Source: Tubulanus polymorphus (taxonomy: Eukaryota > Animalia > Nemertea). From it: 64,000 nt of DNA. The stretch lies in the NCBI RefSeq assembly GCF_964204645.1, contig NC_134031.1:7378001-7442000 (forward strand). The letters are read 5' to 3'. Positions 52,101 through 64,000 of this stretch are shown piece by piece (within the stretch, counting starts at the first letter, position 1; each line of letters starts with the position of its first letter). The translations under genes were made by a program, and so were the position numbers. The notes under the pieces were generated by a model. That model ran no database searches and was not told where the DNA came from. It saw only the letters and a list, made by a program, of their open reading frames with translations.

Positions 52101-55038
52101 GAGCATTAGAAACCACTTCCCCAAGTGGGCATGGTGTCCCTGGACCCCTAGTTGTTTTGACTAAGCTTCTTTGATTTGATGAAATTGTAATTTATTTCAG
52201 GATTCTTTAGTGAATATGATAACGGAAGCAGAATCCTTGCCACAGTACATTGATGAATTCAGTAAGTATAGAAATTGAGTCAATATCATTAAAAGTGAAT
52301 GCTTTTCTACTGTACGTATCTGCAGTATCTCGGTTCACCTTATCCAGTAGTGGTAGTTTTAATCTTTGGACTGATTTTTGGGGAAAAGATGTCACGGTGG
52401 GGTTTCCCGTACTGTTAGTTGTCGAATTTTCATATGCTTTATATTTTGTTTACAGTGGGCTTTGAAAAATCGGAAGAAAATGTTTCTGGTCTCGTGGAGA
52501 ACTTGTTCACCAAATTAAAAGACATAGGGAACTCGCGCAATGAATTGAAAACATTAAGGTGGGTGCAGAGTTTAGATAATATTAATCTATATAAATGTTT
52601 GTATTAGATCTGCAGAGACATAGTAGCCAATTAGTTAAAGTCATTGGTCTTTAACTTTAACATCGGGGTGAAAGGAAGATATTAGAGAATAAAACCAATC
52701 ATCAGTTGCTCCAGTTATCAGTCATGCGCAGTCTCCGTGTAGCTTTTCATATGATATTGGCTTTTTCATTCATTACAGAGATATCTATGATGCAGGTAGT
52801 GTAACAATGCCCGCTAGCTATAAACCGCTCATCAAACAAGCCCTTGATGAGATTTTCAGTCCAGCGAAACCAGAAATGCCCGACATTGATTACAGATCAA
52901 CAGGCCTTAAGGATTTACTGAAAACTGGATTCAGGTATGTAGGCCTGTACAGGATTACTGGTAGTGTTTGGTTTTTCCTCCAAACTAGGATATTAAATCT
53001 AGTTCTTGCTTTACAAAGAACTGTTTGCTTTGGTATTACGTGTATTATTGCCTTAAGCCTATATAACTCTACTTGTATTACAATCGAGTCTCAAGTCATA
53101 TGCAATTTTCCTGCAAAAAGTTGATTGCGCGGACCCAGCCTAACTATTCAAAAAATTTGCTGTAATAAATCATTTAGGAATAGCTGTGACTTTAATTGGA
53201 AACCTCATGCTCATATATCAATGCACATGTATTAAATAAGTATACGTATATTAATATGTAGAAAAAAATTGTCTAAGAGTTATGGAATTTCTTCTTATGT
53301 AATTTTCAGTTTGTTCATGAGCGTTAGTAAGCCACGACCCAATGATAACCCATTATTAATCGTGTTTGTGCTGGGAGGCACAACGCCAGCTGAAGTCAAA
53401 CTTATCAAAGATACTGTCTCGTCATATAAGACTAACACTCAGGTTCGTGACCATTTGTAGCGATAAAGCAAATTTCTTAATTCCGGTACAAATAACAAAA
53501 GTAGACCTAAGTCTGACTTACTCGTGCTATTCATTTCGAAATATTGGGCAAAATCAAAATTGGTGTTGGGTCACCGTGGATAGTGTTACTCAACAACCTT
53601 GACTATATATATATCCTTCCTCGGCAGGGATTCAAACCTGATGGAATCTTGAGGCATTGCCACGACACAAAGCCCTACCTGATTAGCTCCAGTGGGCATG
53701 TAGGTGCGCACTTACCATGATGTCATTATTAGCCATTCAGGAATCCATTTTAATTTTTGCCTGGTTAATTCTTTCTATAACTATCCGCGCATTTGCATCA
53801 ACAATTATACAATAGGCAATCTGATTGGTGATATGTGTCTTCATGTATCTAAACATTCACAGATCAGACATGTAGTGTAAAGGGACGTCGAATCCAAGAC
53901 AATGGCCATAAAATTGGACACTTAATTGATTACGTTAATAATGATAATTTAGAAGCATTTTTAGTAACAATCGATCAAATGAAAGCTTTCGATCGCGTTG
54001 ACTGGCAATATATGTTCAAAACTTAAGAATCTTTCGGCTTTGGAGAAAATCTAATTCGATACATCAAAACTTGCTATACAAATCCAAAATCTAGAATCAA
54101 AAGTAACGGCTTCTTAACTAAACCCTTCACTTTAGAAAGAGGCGTGAGACAGGGGTGTCCCATGAGTGCAATACTCTACATAATAGCAGCGGAACCATTA
54201 GCAATTAAAATATGCGAAAATAACAACATTAAAGGTGTGAAATTACCAGACAACACAGAAATTAAAATCAAACAATACGCAGATGACACTACACTATGTC
54301 TAACCGACTTAGAATCATTGAATCAAGTCTTTACAACTTTAACTTTATTTGAACGAGCATCGGGTGCAAAAATTAATAAAGACAAAACTGAGTGTATGTG
54401 GTTAGTATCTTGGAAAACTAGAAACGATAAACCTTTAGACTTAAATTTGAAGAAATCCATGAAGATTTATGGAATTCATTTCGGAAATGAGAATAGTGAT
54501 GATTTAAACTGGTATCCGAAAATAAATAAAATTCAAAATGTCATAAATCTTTGGCGCCAAACTAAATTATCTTTACCCGGCAAAAAGGTCGTCATAAACT
54601 CTTTCATATTACCTATGTTATGGTACACTTCCGAAATTTTTCCAATCCCAGATAAATATATCAAAATCTTTGAACCAAAAATCTTCAATTTCCTAAGGGA
54701 CAATGGAAAACGCCTTGTCGGTAAAGACATAATACACAAAAAAAACATTCACAAGTACGTGAGCAGTTGGGCGAATCAGGCAGGGTTCATTCTTGTGATG
54801 CCATCAGGTTCAAATCCCTGTTGACACAGTTTCTCAATATACAACACCATTCACCTATTTTATGAATATTCTTAGCATTAATCAACTTCTGACATCATCA
54901 TAGTTTTAGCACCTTTGAGTCAAACGATTCTTTCTTCATTTTCAGGTGTTAGTTGGAAGCACATCTTTATTGAAATCTACAGATATGATTGAAACTTTGC
55001 TGCTCAAAGATCACATGAATCCAGAAATTTCACTATGA
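40198..55038 (+). CDS. SCFD2: Sec1 family domain-containing protein 2, 15 coding exons, about 678 aa
   Basis: Phase-consistent GT-AG exons 40198-40380, 44205-44438, 45636-45788, 45891-45968, 46243-46374, 47034-47206, 47757-47856, 48115-48242, 48946-49155, 49238-49337, 52201-52261, 52456-52558, 52779-52934, 53310-53442, 54946-55038 (2037 nt). Motifs KVNRAIVFMD..AECFHW, LMDRSLD, LKDLLKTGFSLFMSVSKPRPND..LIVFVLGG. AATAAA at 55081. Confidence 0.93.
40696..40756 (-). mobile_element. tRNA-derived SINE head / tRNA-like sequence
   Basis: Minus strand AGCTCGGTGGTCTAGTGGTATCACGCTGCGCTAGTAATTTACTGGCCCGGGTTCGAGTCAGG has both A and B boxes; no clean acceptor stem. Confidence 0.55.
41000..42929 (+). mobile_element. 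Second HINE-like family (B) with about 140-bp internal repeats, host to a family A copy
   Basis: (GTCC)n microsatellite near 41045; repeats of GAAGAACCGTTGAT..GATTACCCCTAGGGAGAGGATGTG..AAGGTCAAGGTCAC; 3' end GCGGGGGAC..CCTTGTT. Confidence 0.7.
41578..42840 (+). mobile_element. HINE family A copy 3 (SCFD2 intron 1)
   Basis: Same termini; CACCAGGGG recurs with 154-bp period (4 units). Confidence 0.9.
43470..43710. mobile_element. hAT-like MITE with 6-bp TSD
   Basis: TIR CAGGGTCCGATCTAAG / CTTAGATCGGACCCTG; CCTTTG on both flanks. Confidence 0.85.
45104..45564. mobile_element. hAT-like MITE with 5-bp TSD (hAT5-type)
   Basis: TIR CAGGCGCGGATCCA / TGGATCCGCGCCTG; TSD AGTTT. Confidence 0.85.
50264..50871. 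mobile_element. Tc1/mariner-pogo (Tigger-like) MITE, TA TSD
   Basis: TIR CCGTATTTTCCGGCCAATAAGCCGA / TCGGCTTATTGGCCGGAAAATACGG flanked by TA. Confidence 0.92.
50872..51795 (-). mobile_element. CR1 LINE 3' fragment with (CTA)n tail
   Basis: ERDLGV..LYMALIRPILEYA..W..IEAVQRR..; further 3' TRGHPFKL..RKYFFS..WNSLP. GTAGTAGTAG at the + strand left end. Confidence 0.9.
53612..54824. mobile_element. Diverged second copy of the 19323-19659 TIR element, interrupted by a Tx1/L1 fragment
   Basis: ATCCTTCCTCGGCAGGGATTCAAAC at the left, GATGCCATCAGGTTCAAATCCCTG at the right; internal GATGTCATTAT.AGCCA and AATCTGATTGGTG shared with copy 1. Confidence 0.75.
53870..54750 (+). mobile_element. L1/Tx1-clade non-LTR retrotransposon RT fragment
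   Basis: IDQMKAFDRVDW..FGFG..GVRQGCPMSAILY..EPLA..QYADDTT..FERASGAKINKDK..W..LSLPGK; in-frame stop upstream of 54144. Confidence 0.92.
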
Positions 55039-56877
55039 TTCCTGATTTTTATTATACATACATGTATAGGTTTTGTTGAAAATAAATGGTTCGGTAAACA
55101 TATTTTACTTCCCTTGCTTTTATTGTCATGGAACTATGATTAAGTTTCTCATGGTTTAAGGTCGCTGTTCACATGACCTCAGCATCTATTTTGGTTGTCA
55201 AGATTGGTGCCAGACTGATGTAAATACAGGTATCAATCTGCAGTATTGAACCAATCGCCTCATTCCGATTGACATGTGCCCCTGTCATGTGAAGTCTCTG
55301 GACACTTCTTGAAATGTCTGTTGTAAAGTTGATGTCATTCCTTGTCCATACATGTAGTTCATTTTCAATCAAATAAGTCCGGCGAATTCTTCAATACGAG
55401 TGTGAAAACCATTGGTGAAACACAAAGCGCGTGTTGTGACGATTATAGAGAATCTGACACTGATATAACGAGAGAGATTCCCTGAAGATTACATGTACAA
55501 AATAGGTTTTAGTCGAAACATCGAATGAATAAATTATAAGCTTAAAGGAAACTTTTCGGACTTCATCTTTCTCGTTATATCAGTATGTGAAGTCTGGGTG
55601 ATAAAAATTTAATGAATGGTGACAAAGTACCATACATGAAGGTATTTGCCAGGTAGGAGACTTAAGCAAAGGTGCTGTTCGATGGTGTGTACATGAATTA
55701 ATTGCATCTGCATCCAGATAGGTTAATGTTATGTTTTCTGAAATCTAAATGGGCTGCCTTCTTAACCATTTCATCTAAACCAGAAATTGATTCTTCAGTA
55801 GTTAAACCCTAGAAAAAGATCAATCCAGGTTTTCACTTAGAAAAATAACTTTATTTCATTTCATTGTACATCACCATTGATTTACAACTAAATTTACTTT
55901 ATTACATCCACCTTGTTACGCTACGATATACAACAAATTTCATATCATATGAAGTCATCAATAAATGATGATTTGAAATGCATAAAAAACAATTCTTCAG
56001 TTTGGATCGCAGTCTACCGGTAAATGACGAATTTCCATATGGCAGTGAAAGACCATTTCCATATGGCAGTGAAAGACCGACCATATGAAGAGAATGACCA
56101 TCTCATTTGAACTTAACAATGTGAAGCACATTCTCATTTGAGTATTCATTTGGAATTGTTGGGAATGGGTTAAATTCAGTTTGATCATCAATAAAATAAA
56201 CTTGTACATGTAATCATTTACTATTCATGAAATGATCTTTCGCTCAATTATAAAGTGATAACAGTAATTACATTGTAAACTTCCAATAACAAGAGTGTCT
56301 GTGATATTCCATGGCTGAAATGTTCTCCAATTGAACCAGTCAAGACGACTTTTTGCCAATTCTTTAATACAGTATTAAATGGATAAAAGTTGATGGTTTA
56401 GTTCAACTTCCCATCCATCCTGGTCATTTTAAGATCTATTTCAGATATTTACATGTACTCTTAAAATTAACTCAACTATGCCACTAAACATCCGTGCATT
56501 TGGAATGAAATAGATATCATTGATGTATTTGGCCAGGTACTATTTGCCCACTTAAAGTTGAAGGCAAAGCCACGCAGCGCATATAAAGTTTGTGACTAGG
56601 TAGATGAAGTTTACCAGTTATGAGAGTTGAAATTACATTCAGTTCATTTTCAACAAGTCAATACATGTATTTCATATTGTTTAGCTTTTTAGTTGAGTCA
56701 AAATTTCACTCGCTATGGAATTTGTTTCAAGTGAGCCTCAAGGCAGTTATTCAAAAGTTGGTTCAATTCAAATTTTGGCTTAAATGTAACATAAACAATT
56801 CAGACTCTTTTTGAACTCTCTTGATGAACCAACTTTTGTATTACAATACTGCATTTGCTTATTCCTAGCTTATTCCA

Positions 56878-57132
56878 TAGACCCTTCTCATGATAGTGTC
56901 GCTGCATGGGGAACTATAGCTGCGATCACACAAGCATTTTTGGCCCGAGCCTGATCCGTGCCAATTTGACCCGGGCCAAATTGTCTCCGTGTGATCGCAG
57001 CTTACGATGTCAGTTTAGGTCAATGAAAGCCGCTGGTCAAAACTGACCAGTTTTTCTGTATAGTCGATGACGTCAAACAGGGGGGGGAATGTTATAGTTC
57101 CACAAACGACCACAAATTATGAGAAGCGTCTA
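56878..57132. mobile_element. MITE containing a nested small Harbinger-like MITE (56918-57001)
   Basis: TAGACCCTTCTCAT / ATGAGAAGCGTCTA; inner AGCTGCGATCACAC / GTGTGATCGCAGCT. Confidence 0.65.
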
Positions 57133-57577
57133 TAGTTGAATTTTCATCTATAGAATACAAGTCAAAACATCATCAACGCAAAGTTGCTCGAATAATTTTG
57201 TTACTGGTACTAAGAACGAGCATGGACTGTAAAGTCCATAAAACAATAAACATCATCAGGAGGCTTACTTCAAACTATGTGTGGGGTAGTGAGAATAAGA
57301 ATTTAACTCCACAACATAGTAAATATTGGAAAATATTACCACAACTGCTTATGCACAAGAGCCCAATCTCTCTATGACATGTTTAAACAGTTTATCTATG
57401 AGTGTACCTTCAGCGATGCAAGTGTATAATATAAGATCAGTTGCTCAAAAATTGGTTTAAGTTAAACAGTGGACAGTTGACATAGTGACAAGAAATTGTA
57501 TTGTAACCATGGTATTTGTTAATTAACTCTAACCAACTGTTGTTCCACTTAAGTTCATCGTAACAAGGCTACATAAA

Positions 57578-57846
57578 AGCCGTGATCACACGGGTGCCAA
57601 ACGGACCCATGCCTGTTTGGCCTGACCAAAAATGTCGGACTAGGCCCGAGCCAAATTCTAGCAGTGATTGCTTTAGAATTGCAACTGGTTCCAGAAGTGA
57701 CTCACTTTGCTTTCTTTGAGCATGGTTTTGTATCGGGGGAGTGTTGCGTGTGAACGCGCTCTCTAATGAGGCACGAGTCAAATGTGGCTCGGGCCTGATC
57801 CAGGCCAATTTGGCCAGGGCCAAATCGTCTATGTGTGATTGCAGCT
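57578..57846. mobile_element. Harbinger-like MITE related to 56918-57001
   Basis: AGCCGTGATCACAC / GTGTGATTGCAGCT; shared GGCCCGAGCC and GGCCAAAT motifs. Confidence 0.6.
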
Positions 57847-59661
57847 ATAGTTAAATCATCATTATGCTCCTCCACAGTTATTGATAAAACATCGATCACT
57901 TTAAAAACTACAGCAAACACTAACAAAACAAAACAAACTGATACCAGATTAGAATTGAATAGCAGCTTTTTTCCATGGGTGAATAAACACAAGCCATACT
58001 AATGGTCAACAAATTTACCAGTGACTGGTAGACTGATGTGTTTTCAGTTTCAGAAGTTGATAAACGATCCCACAAATTTATGATATATCAAATTCATTCT
58101 TACGTTTTAGAGATAGAACTGTATTACATCAACAGAAAAAGTGTAATAAAAATAATAATGATAAAGAGTATTTCCAAAAATATAGGATGTTACTCAGGAA
58201 TGGTTGGGAATTTTATCTTTCTCTTGCCCATGTTTTTGTATATATATATCTATCCATAATTTCCTAGTTTTGTGTAGCTTCTTTGTCCTTATCTGTATCT
58301 TAGCTATTGTCTCTTAGTTCCTGTTCTAAATCCTTCCTTAGTAACATCTTATATTTTTGGAAACAAACTGTTAATCATTATTAGGGTTTTTAACACTTTG
58401 CAGAAAACCCTATTGTTATTCTTGCAATAACTATTATTTTTTTTCTTTTCCTTCCCCAGAGCATTCATAAAATGTATGTCCTATCAAGTGGCTCCAAGAA
58501 TATCCGAATCAAGCATCCGTTTCCTCCAATTCTAATATCACGTTTGAATCCCCAGCAATAAATTCTTTTTTCTTTATCATTTATATGATTATAATTTCCT
58601 TTCAATTCAAATGCGAAAGGTGCAGAAAACCTGTAATTTCATTACCCTTTCACTGATGACGAGATTTAGTGAATCTTGTTTATAGAATAAACTACAAATT
58701 GTATACATGTATATTATCAATTACGGAATGATTTAACGAACCACCTGCCGGTACTTTTTTCGTAAAAGTAAGAAATACTGGTCAATCCAGTGGAAAGTCA
58801 GCAGATAAAATTCATGCACTCTACATGTATAGATACATAGTTATCCCAAACACCAAGAATATTGACAGAACAGAAAAGGTAGTTATCAGAAAAATTGATG
58901 AAAGACTAAAACAAGTATACCCACCCAGTAATCAAATTAAGCAAAACAAAAGAATAAAACGTACAAAAAATCTCTTAAACCTAGCACGCACAGAATTTAT
59001 CATGGACCAATATTCCAACTCAAATTCATAATAATCAGACATCCATATGGATGCCAATGAATTGTAGAATCATTTTCAGTCTAGCCACGACACATTCCGC
59101 AAAATTTCAGCCACATGTTGTTATGAAAGCTGAAACAACACTGTTAACACTCTAGGCACTCAGGTTAAGCCCTAGGGTTCAAATGATGATCTGGTAGAGA
59201 AATCAATACTGTAGCTGTTTATTTTAACTAGTATTGAAATAGCAGTTTTTGAACAAGTGAAGATATCTAACTTTCTATTCACTGGTTAACATAAAACAAT
59301 CCAACATCCAGCCTCCTTGACAAATAAAGTCTAGGATTGCAATATAACATCTCTTTCATAAACAACTAAGATTATTCATCTGTTTTCACATAATGGAATG
59401 TTCAACAGCATACTTCTATCATAGCAAATTGATACAACATTCATGTATTTCATGTTAGCCACTAGTGGCTCTCAAAAACAACCCACATCAAAAAGCACCA
59501 CTGGAACCAATTTAATAAATACAATAACATTCTCTAGCTTTTAAACAGTGCGGCGGCAATACAAGTTCATAGAAAAATAATGTACCGTAAAAATACTATT
59601 AATTTCAGAAATATCTTACTAATTCGTGCATGCACCTTCGAATCGCCGCACTACACTGGCG

Positions 59662-62600
59662 TCAAATCGGACATTTGGACAACGCGCCGCGTTTTCGCAA
59701 AGTGAAATGGAAATACAGCAGAAGCATAATACCGGAGCATATAACATAAAATAACACACACATACTGATGTCAATACTATTGAAGCCCCACGTCGCTAGG
59801 ACAGGTTTGCCTCGTGTGTAGCGCGTGTTTCGTTCGCGTTCTTTCAGTTTGAGGATGCGATCGTTGATTTTCGTCAAATTCGGACGGAAATACGAATCGA
59901 CCGTCTTCTTCACTTTGTTGCGTTTAAGTGAGTGAATTCGACCGATGCTCGGTATGTCGACTTTTCGTTGAATCTGCGCCAGCACGTGTTCGCTCATCTG
60001 CTTGATCCATTCGCGGTCGGCTGGATCAGCGACGTACTCCCCCTTGCTGTCCTGAACGATGTTCGCTTTGCGATAGAAGTCGATCATGAATTCCAACACT
60101 TTTGTTTCGTTCCATTTTGGTTTCGTGATGACTTTCAGGTCCTTCGTGTCGGGATCCAAACGACATTTAGGGCATTGAACTCGTGTTGGAAATTGTACCT
60201 TAGGGTAGAGCGGGTCTTCGGTTAAATCTCCTTTCAGGCGATCATTAACGATGTTATGCGTCCACCACAAATACAATACGCTGCAGTTAGCGGACAGCAT
60301 TTTACTTTCAAATGACGCGGTACCTCTGTCAAAATTTTTTGCACATTCTTGACAGCCGAAAAAGTTTTTGATGTACGTCCGCATACCGATAACAACTTCC
60401 TTATGGTTAAAATTTGCGTCTGAAATGATACAAGCATTATCAGTTTTTACAGAATTCAACATTCATATTCTTAGCATTATATTTGATAGCTGACCAAAAT
60501 AAGTTATCGATTGTTAAATACAATTGAACTCAAATTAGTCGTCATAGCTGGGACCATCGTTGTGTTGACAACGTATCCAAATGACGACTTACACTCGATG
60601 AATTGAATCAGAAATACGTGTACACATTAAGAATCAAAAATAGGAAAGCCTTCACTGAGTTCAACATTACAAATTGACATGAAGGAGTCTAGAGTTTTTC
60701 ATCATTTTAAGTGCCAGTACAAACTTAATACCAACACTGAGGACAATACATGTATGTCAATCAACGGTACAGCCTAGAAGAAACTTAACTTCGTTTTCGT
60801 TTGTGTTTAGTTTTATATCGTTGAAACAGTATTCTGTAATTCGTTTTCGTTTAGTTCCGAACGAGTTTCATTAGGGACAAATATCCGTTTAAGAATTGTG
60901 CGTTTCGCTGCAGGCATTCATAATGTAACTGCATGTATTTTACAATGTAGTCATCCAAATAAAAGAAGTTACACTCGAAAAGAAGGGAGCTATTATTAAT
61001 ACGTATGTGCATTTGATGTGCGCGCACCAGACGCGTTGAATTTGAACCGCGGTAGTAACTAGTTTGATTTCGTTTCTATTTCGTTTTACCAAAAACGCAA
61101 AACGAAAAATGCATCGATCTCCGACGAACGCGTTATGAATTATGTTACTTCTAGGCTGTGCCGTAACTCATTGTAATACCGGTCTTCATTATAGCATTCT
61201 TTGATTGTGCTTTCAAATTAAATGTCATACCTGCTTTTCTTGTCATGTAATGGGTCACCGATAACGTGTGAAACAGTGTCCATAAGCCACACGGATAACC
61301 ACGAAATATCGATTTACTTCCCTGGCAGCCAGTCCACATTGCGTCATATGGTGGATCCGGAATAAACCGGGTTTTATTCTGTTAAGAAACAAAATCGATG
61401 ACATTCATCAAATTGATGGTAACGGTATTAATTCAGAGGTCTCTACAGCTCAACACAACCAAGAAACACAAACATGAAATACACCTCAAATAAATCACCA
61501 ATTTCCATGAAAGTGGAACATTCATAAGGCGCATGCACCAAAGCGCCGACTTAAATCAGGGATCATCCAGAATATTTTGAAAATTACATTGGATGCATAG
61601 AGGCGCAATTTCGCAAATTCTTAAATTAGCATGAGGTCACAAAGAAATTTTGGAGTATTTTCGGTTTGTATATTATACTTGGTAATTAGATGGGCTGCTG
61701 TGTTCTGGGCTCGCTGGAGGGTTTCATTGATTTTGAAAAATCAGCAAGAGTTACAGAGGGCAAAGTGATAAAAATTCTAGTGGCATAGGATGGCATAGGA
61801 TGAATCAAAATCTTTGGAGAAAACTCACCTGTGAGTGATACAAATGATCTTGCCATCCCTCTCCTGATACCCACTGCTTTGTAAGCAACCATTCATAGAT
61901 AAACTGCAGAAACTTTGTAATCTCTGGGCGGCCGGGAAAAAACTGTGAAATATCAATTGAGACTAGTTAACAACTCATAAGTCAACCAAAGTATATATGA
62001 ATAAATAATAAACAGTGACATTTGTAAAGTGCCTATTACATTGTGACCAATTTCCACCAGCGCATGGGCCAAGTTGTTACAGGTTGTAAGCTAATTCTAA
62101 CAGGAAGGTTTTATGTGCTTGTTTGAAATCATTGAAATTGGGATTGTTCCTGAGGATATCATCCGAAGAGTTCAAGAAGGACACTTTAGTCTTTAGATTG
62201 TATGAAACATGAGACAGCCATCTATTGTTATGTTACAATAAAACAGACAACAAGTCCTGGAGATAATGAAGAGCTAATCAATGCAAGCACTTACAAACTG
62301 TATACATTATTTTTGGATTTTCGGGAATAAGTGGCACAAAAAATATACTTCTTACATATTTTGGTGTGTTCAAATTCAATGTTAAAATATAAAATTAATA
62401 TTTCTAAAAAACCCCAAGATAATAAAGGCATAACAATTGCATTTTGAACAAAATATTCAAGGAATTCAAGCTTTTTGTTCCAAGGAATTCAGCTGGAGAA
62501 AGGAATTAATTATGCAGAAATTGCCCATGATTGTTGATACCTTAATGTTCAGCGCAATAAACATTTTCAGCGCTTGTAATGAATCTCCCGTGATATTCTT

Positions 62601-63348
62601 CTGTATAGAAACTTCATGAGTTAGTGAATAGTACAATGCCGATTCCAAATCCTGCATCTTTACTGCCTTCTGGGGACTGGAAAATGCAGAAAAAAGTAAT
62701 GTGATTTCTTAGGATATTGCTTCAGAATAAATATATATCAAGGCACTTTATTACATGCATTTTGGGACTGGAAGAAGGATTTGACAGCTTGGCGATGAAA
62801 ACTATAACTTAAATGTAATAGAATCTGCCTAATCTTAGTGGGTCTGTCATATGAATATTTAAGGTGAATGAAGAGCTCAAGGCTTATCACGACCTATGCC
62901 TATAATCATAGATACTTTTTCAGCGTTCTATGTCAGTTATAATGAATACGTTTATCACACCACACAGGTGTTGAAGCTTTCGAATTAAAGCTAGTGATTT
63001 CAATGCATTTCTGAATATTCAAATCATTGACATACTACAACTAATGCGACTCAGTTCTAAAAACTCATCGGCCAGTCCATGACACAAATTCAGCATGGAC
63101 TAAGCGTCAATGTCTGTGAATGGGAGGGGGTGCAGAGTTGAAATTGGGGCTGCAAAATGAGGAGACAACCATAACTGGTACCACTAGTGAGATTTATTGA
63201 GATTCTACAATACCTGACTGGCTTTTCTATTTGATCTGCCTTAGCGGCTTTGACTTGATTTTCGGATAACTGTTTGGCACTCATCGCTGTTTCTGGATTC
63301 ACCTGATACAATGCTAGTTTGAAATCCTCACGATGATTTGTGGAATTC
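59662..63348 (-). CDS. QSOX: Quiescin sulfhydryl oxidase (QSOX1/2 family), 3' five exons; thioredoxin-domain exons lie beyond the window
   Basis: Phase-consistent exons 63348-63214, 62676-62541, 61942-61829, 61378-61231 and 60419-59662. Motifs [34 protein letters not shown], Erv/[40 protein letters not shown]; C-terminal TM helix. Confidence 0.95.
60769..61159. mobile_element. MITE in the last QSOX intron
   Basis: ACAGCCTAGAAG / CTTCTAGGCTGT inverted ends with TTCGTTTTCG subrepeats. Confidence 0.6.
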
Positions 63349-64000
63349 CTGAAATTGTTCGTGAACAACGAACAAAGATTAATTGGCTGCCACAAGCGAT
63401 TGCAGGAAAAAATGGCCAAGGAAGATTAAATAGCTAATAAACTATCATTTCATTAACTACCACGAAAACCAAATGCATTGATCTTTTGACATGTTGCTTT
63501 TTTCCATTCACCACCACAAGCAAGAGCGGCCATGATGACGGTCATGTCATCATAATCATCAATTCAGTGGGAACCTTTTTGACAGTTATAGGTAATAATC
63601 CCCAAGTCTATTAACTAAATAAGAACCCCCACTTGGTGATTTTTCAAGAACATTTCAGAGCAAGATATTTCCCGAATTCTATTCATTTGCAATAAAACTG
63701 TGATATATTTGAACTGTGCAATGAACTCTTTTGTTGTGGTAAATTCGTACTTTTTATTTTCAACATTTTTAAATTCGAACGGAATTTCTATTTGTATTGT
63801 ATCAAATTCAAACTGAATAACTTATTAACTGTGGCATATTCCACTGTGTGAAATAATTAGATGTAATGAACTTTTTATTTGGTATCTTTTAAATTCAAGC
63901 TAGTGTAATATATTTGAACTGTGCGATGAACTTTTTAAAAAAACTTTTGAATGGGATGAGCAATAATTCAAGTTGAATTATCGGGAAGAGGATATCAATG

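Larger units (their letters stand above)
49370..52153 (+). mobile_element. HINE family A copy 4, interrupted by a CR1 fragment and a pogo-like MITE (SCFD2 intron 10)
   Basis: Family A termini; sequence breaks at ..TTCCTTATTA (50263) and resumes TATTGGTAC at 51801. Confidence 0.88.

Overview
AT-rich eukaryotic genomic DNA with GT-AG introns, most likely from a marine invertebrate (lophotrochozoan-like; inferred from gene and repeat content). There are four host genes: an intronless ankyrin-repeat/SOCS-box gene (12971-13726), an intronless rhodopsin-class GPCR (35031-36041), a complete 15-exon SCFD2 (40198-55038, about 678 aa) and the 3' five exons of a QSOX sulfhydryl oxidase on the minus strand, convergent with SCFD2. 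The rest is a dense, nested set of mobile DNA. It includes a deleted BEL/Pao LTR element, a decayed spliced Academ transposase carrying four nested insertions, four long copies of a Helentron-type (HINE/DINE-like) element, CR1/L2 and Tx1 LINE fragments, and many MITEs whose target-site duplications (TSDs) can be read directly (2, 3, 5, 6, 8-9 and 9 bp). The most unusual feature is at 859-5500. It is a spliced gene of at least 9 exons that the ORF track misses, encoding an SF3/DUF927-like P-loop helicase (Walker A split by an intron), an acidic repeat and a C-terminal PHD finger. It is surrounded by TTAC-rich tandem arrays and ends at an IS3EU-like terminus, which makes it a candidate uncharacterised helicase-carrying DNA mobile element. 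This copy is lightly pseudogenised. All calls come from reading the sequence by eye; no database searches were run.
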